This document shows positions 8,233-10,295 of a stretch of 10,295 bases of DNA, one piece after another. The notes beneath the pieces were generated by a model, which saw nothing but the letters and a program-made list of their open reading frames with translations, ran no database searches and had not been told where the DNA came from. The stretch lies in contig JASFYO010000022.1 in NCBI GenBank assembly GCA_045047305.1, positions 1-10,295 of the forward strand, in the 5' to 3' direction. Position 1 is the stretch's first letter, and each line of letters starts with the position of its first letter. This DNA is from Planctomycetota bacterium. GTDB taxonomy: Bacteria; Planctomycetota; UBA1135. The translations under genes and the position numbers were made by a program.

Positions 8233-8940
8233 CTAGTCCCGCATGACGCGACGCATCATGTCGGCCGCTGCCCATACTTCGTAGCGGAAGCGTTTCACCT
8301 TTGCCGCTTGCAAGCATTCCGTAACCACGGAAGGGCTCACCTTGAACGATGCTGCGATTTCTCTGCGCTTTCGTTCCGGCAAAAAACGCATGCCAGGCAC
8401 TGGTCCCTCTAAAACTTCCACCACGCCTTCGCGCAAAACTGCACGCACAAACTGGGCTTGGCGCTCGGTCCAACCCCAGAGTAAAACTCCGATCCCAGCA
8501 AAAACCCCAGTCAAGCTGCGATCATCCAAAGGTCCAAAGCCGTTTGCGGCGAGGAACAAACGCTGCTGGGTGGCTTCTTCAAACGCGGCATCGAAGGAGT
8601 GCGAAGGCTCCAGCGCGGCTCCACGCGTACTCGGAATCATGGCGAAACGACATTTCACCGGCGTAAGGCGAAGTGTTAACTCACAAATCATTTCTACCAG
8701 GCGTGCGCTTCCATCAAGCAATCCACGGGGTGCCTGCTCCAGATTCACGCGAAAAAAGAGACGCCCGCCACCAGGTACGTGGATGGCTGCGTCCAGGATC
8801 TCGGTGTAACGCTCACTCACGGCCTCGGCGACCATGGCGAGACGTCGTTCCAAGACGGTTTCTGTGGTACCACCAGCAGCAACCACCCGTGCCTCAAGAG
8901 AAAGAGTGCTCGTGCTCGTGCTTATGTCTGCCGCCAACAT
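8233..8940 (-). CDS. Divergent SatD-like protein with C-terminal helix-turn-helix
   Basis: 235 aa. The N-terminal LAADI resembles the SatD-family 'hhTxDh' start, WTERQ matches the WTxxQ motif, and REIAASFKVSPSVVTECLQAA matches the family's C-terminal HTH pattern (xIAxxLGISQSAVSxRLxxA). It fills the gap between the CDF and TlpA genes without overlap. Confidence 0.6.
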   Translation of the reverse strand: MLAADISTSTSTLSLEARVVAAGGTTETVLERRLAMVAEAVSERYTEILDAAIHVPGGGRLFFRVNLEQAPRGLLDGSARLVEMICELTLRLTPVKCRFAMIPSTRGAALEPSHSFDAAFEEATQQRLFLAANGFGPLDDRSLTGVFAGIGVLLWGWTERQAQFVRAVLREGVVEVLEGPVPGMRFLPERKRREIAASFKVSPSVVTECLQAAKVKRFRYEVWAAADMMRRVMRD

Positions 8941-8971
8941 GCTTTGATTATTGGCAACGAAGAGCCCAGAT

Positions 8972-9886
8972 TCAAGCGCGTTTCCAGGATTCCGCTTCGA
9001 TGAAGACGCGCTTCACGGCGGGGTTGAGCTGCTTGATGGCGCCGTCCATACGAGCCACCGCCAATTCCATCTCACCGGCCTTCAGTTCGTCGGCAAAATC
9101 AACACTGAGATTTGCCAAAACAAAGTCTGGGCCCATGTGCATGGTGAGGACCTCGTTCACGCGAGTGACCTCTGGGAAGGCGGCGACCAAAACGCGAATG
9201 GCCTCCACCTCCTCTGGATTAGCCGCTTCCCCAATCAGCAAACCCTTGGTTTCATAAGCCAGCCAAATCGCGGTCCCCCCAAGTATGAGACCAATCACAA
9301 CGGAAGCCGTTCCGTCTGCCCACCAGAGGCCAAACTCATGACTCAAAACCACACCAGCAAAAGCAACCAGCAAACCAAGCATGGCTGCAGAATCCTCGAA
9401 CACCACAACAAAGAGGGAAGGGTCCTTGCTCCGTTTCACCGCTTCGAGAAACCCCCATTTGCCTTTCGCGCGAGTGAACTCTCGTAGCGCCAAAATCCAC
9501 ACCGCACCCTCGAACAACAAAGCTGAGCCGAGCACGATGTAGTTGAGCAGGGCCGATTCCATGGCCACCGGATGGCGCAAGTGCTCAATGCCCTCATAAA
9601 TCGATACCCCCGCACCGACTGCGAAAATCAAAATCGCTACGACAAAGCTCCAGAAGTAAACCTCTTTCCCATGTCCGAACGGGAAATTCGCGTCGGCCGG
9701 TTTTTCTGCACGCTTCAGGCCGTAGAGCAGCAACACCTGGTTGCCCGTATCCACGAGGGAGTGAATGCCCTCCGAGAGCATCGCCGAGCTTCCGGTTAGA
9801 AAGGCGGCGGCAAATTTGGTCGCAGAGATGAGGGCATTACCCGCAAGCGCTGCGTAGATGATGAATTTCGAACCGGAGGCCGACAC
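8972..9886 (-). CDS. Cation diffusion facilitator (CDF) family transporter, ZnT9/SLC30A9-like subtype
   Basis: 304 aa. It has the CDF signature TGSSAMLSEGIHSLVDTGNQ, FPFGHGKE and TM5 VVVFEDSAA, about six hydrophobic segments, and a C-terminal cytoplasmic domain (TMHMGP...RVFIE). The start is GTG. Confidence 0.93.
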   Translation of the reverse strand: MSASGSKFIIYAALAGNALISATKFAAAFLTGSSAMLSEGIHSLVDTGNQVLLLYGLKRAEKPADANFPFGHGKEVYFWSFVVAILIFAVGAGVSIYEGIEHLRHPVAMESALLNYIVLGSALLFEGAVWILALREFTRAKGKWGFLEAVKRSKDPSLFVVVFEDSAAMLGLLVAFAGVVLSHEFGLWWADGTASVVIGLILGGTAIWLAYETKGLLIGEAANPEEVEAIRVLVAAFPEVTRVNEVLTMHMGPDFVLANLSVDFADELKAGEMELAVARMDGAIKQLNPAVKRVFIEAESWKRA

Positions 9887-9892
9887 CAGTGA

Positions 9893-9898
9893 ATCTTA
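9893..9898 (-). promoter_or_regulatory. Putative -10 element (TAAGAT) 6 nt upstream of the CDF GTG start
   Basis: The minus strand reads ggTAAGATtcactgGTG. This TANNNT hexamer is at leaderless-type spacing, inside the 13-bp hutH-CDF gap. Confidence 0.35.
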
Positions 9899-9899
9899 C

Positions 9900-10295
9900 C
9901 TAATCGCGCAGTTTGCCGACCTTCTTTTCAACCGCACGGCGGATCGCACCGCTAGCCACCAATTCCGTCATACGGTCGAACTCCGGCCCCATGTAGCGGT
10001 CGGAGCCAAGCGCCGGAATATTCTTGCGAATAAAGTTGTAGGCCGCTTCTGCACCTTCGCCAGCCTTCACTTCGCGGTGAAACTCGCGGCCTTGCGCAGC
10101 GGTGTAAAGCTCAATGCCGAGCACGCGTTCGGTGTTTTGCAGTGCAGTCTCTAATTTGCGTGCAGCAAAGTTCGCCATCGATACGTGATCTTCCTGGTCT
10201 GCAGAGGTGGTCACGGTGTCCGCACTGGCAGGGTGCGCGTGGGTTTTATTCTCGCTCACCAATGCCGCTGCAACGACCTGCGGGATCATCAAGCC
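9900..10295 (-). CDS. hutH: Histidine ammonia-lyase (histidase), C-terminal part (5'-truncated by window edge)
   Basis: GLMIPQVVAAALVSENKTHAHPASADTVTTSADQEDHVSMANFAARK...VLGIELYTAAQG...DRYM matches the HAL/PAL-family C-terminus (SENK, PAS, QEDHVSM). The frame is open to the window edge. The nearby hutU favours histidase over other aromatic ammonia-lyases. Confidence 0.92.
   Translation of the reverse strand, partial: GLMIPQVVAAALVSENKTHAHPASADTVTTSADQEDHVSMANFAARKLETALQNTERVLGIELYTAAQGREFHREVKAGEGAEAAYNFIRKNIPALGSDRYMGPEFDRMTELVASGAIRRAVEKKVGKLRD

Noticed and set aside
8906..8922. (GTGCTC)x~3 microsatellite coding STSTS near the SatD-like N-terminus
   Set aside because: It is short and in frame, so it cannot cause phase variation. 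The evidence is too weak for a function.
840..10154. Numerous short alternative-frame or antisense ORFs (e.g. 3360-3923, 8342-8809, 8673-9257, 8951-9487, 9858-10154)
   Set aside because: They overlap well-supported genes and show no recognisable motifs. They are consistent with shadow ORFs.

Overview
This window is a gene-dense bacterial chromosomal region with nine supportable CDSs and no rRNA, tRNA, CRISPR array or transposase. Left to right: (-) a type IV pilin/pseudopilin-like gene missed by the ORF track, with a Gly/Ser linker and 18-bp DDDSVS tandem repeats, running off the left edge; (-) hutU urocanate hydratase; (-) an M60-like/TCAF(FAM115)-like HExxH metallopeptidase; (-) a single-domain globin; (+) a secreted S8 subtilase with an extra C-terminal domain; (+) a TlpA-type CxxC redoxin; (-) a divergent SatD-like protein; (-) a ZnT9-like CDF metal transporter; (-) the 3' end of hutH, running off the right edge. 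The two hut genes are about 7.5 kb apart and bracket two proteases, a globin, a redoxin and a metal transporter. The best leads are the acidic-repeat-tailed pilin, a near-identical ~20-bp motif spanning the start codons of the convergent redoxin and SatD-like genes, -10-like hexamers just upstream of several start codons (possible leaderless mRNAs), short 'AQ'-ending leader peptides, and a possible C-terminal sorting domain on the subtilase. I cannot show from the sequence alone that these genes form a single new system. All family assignments come from motif recognition, not database searches.
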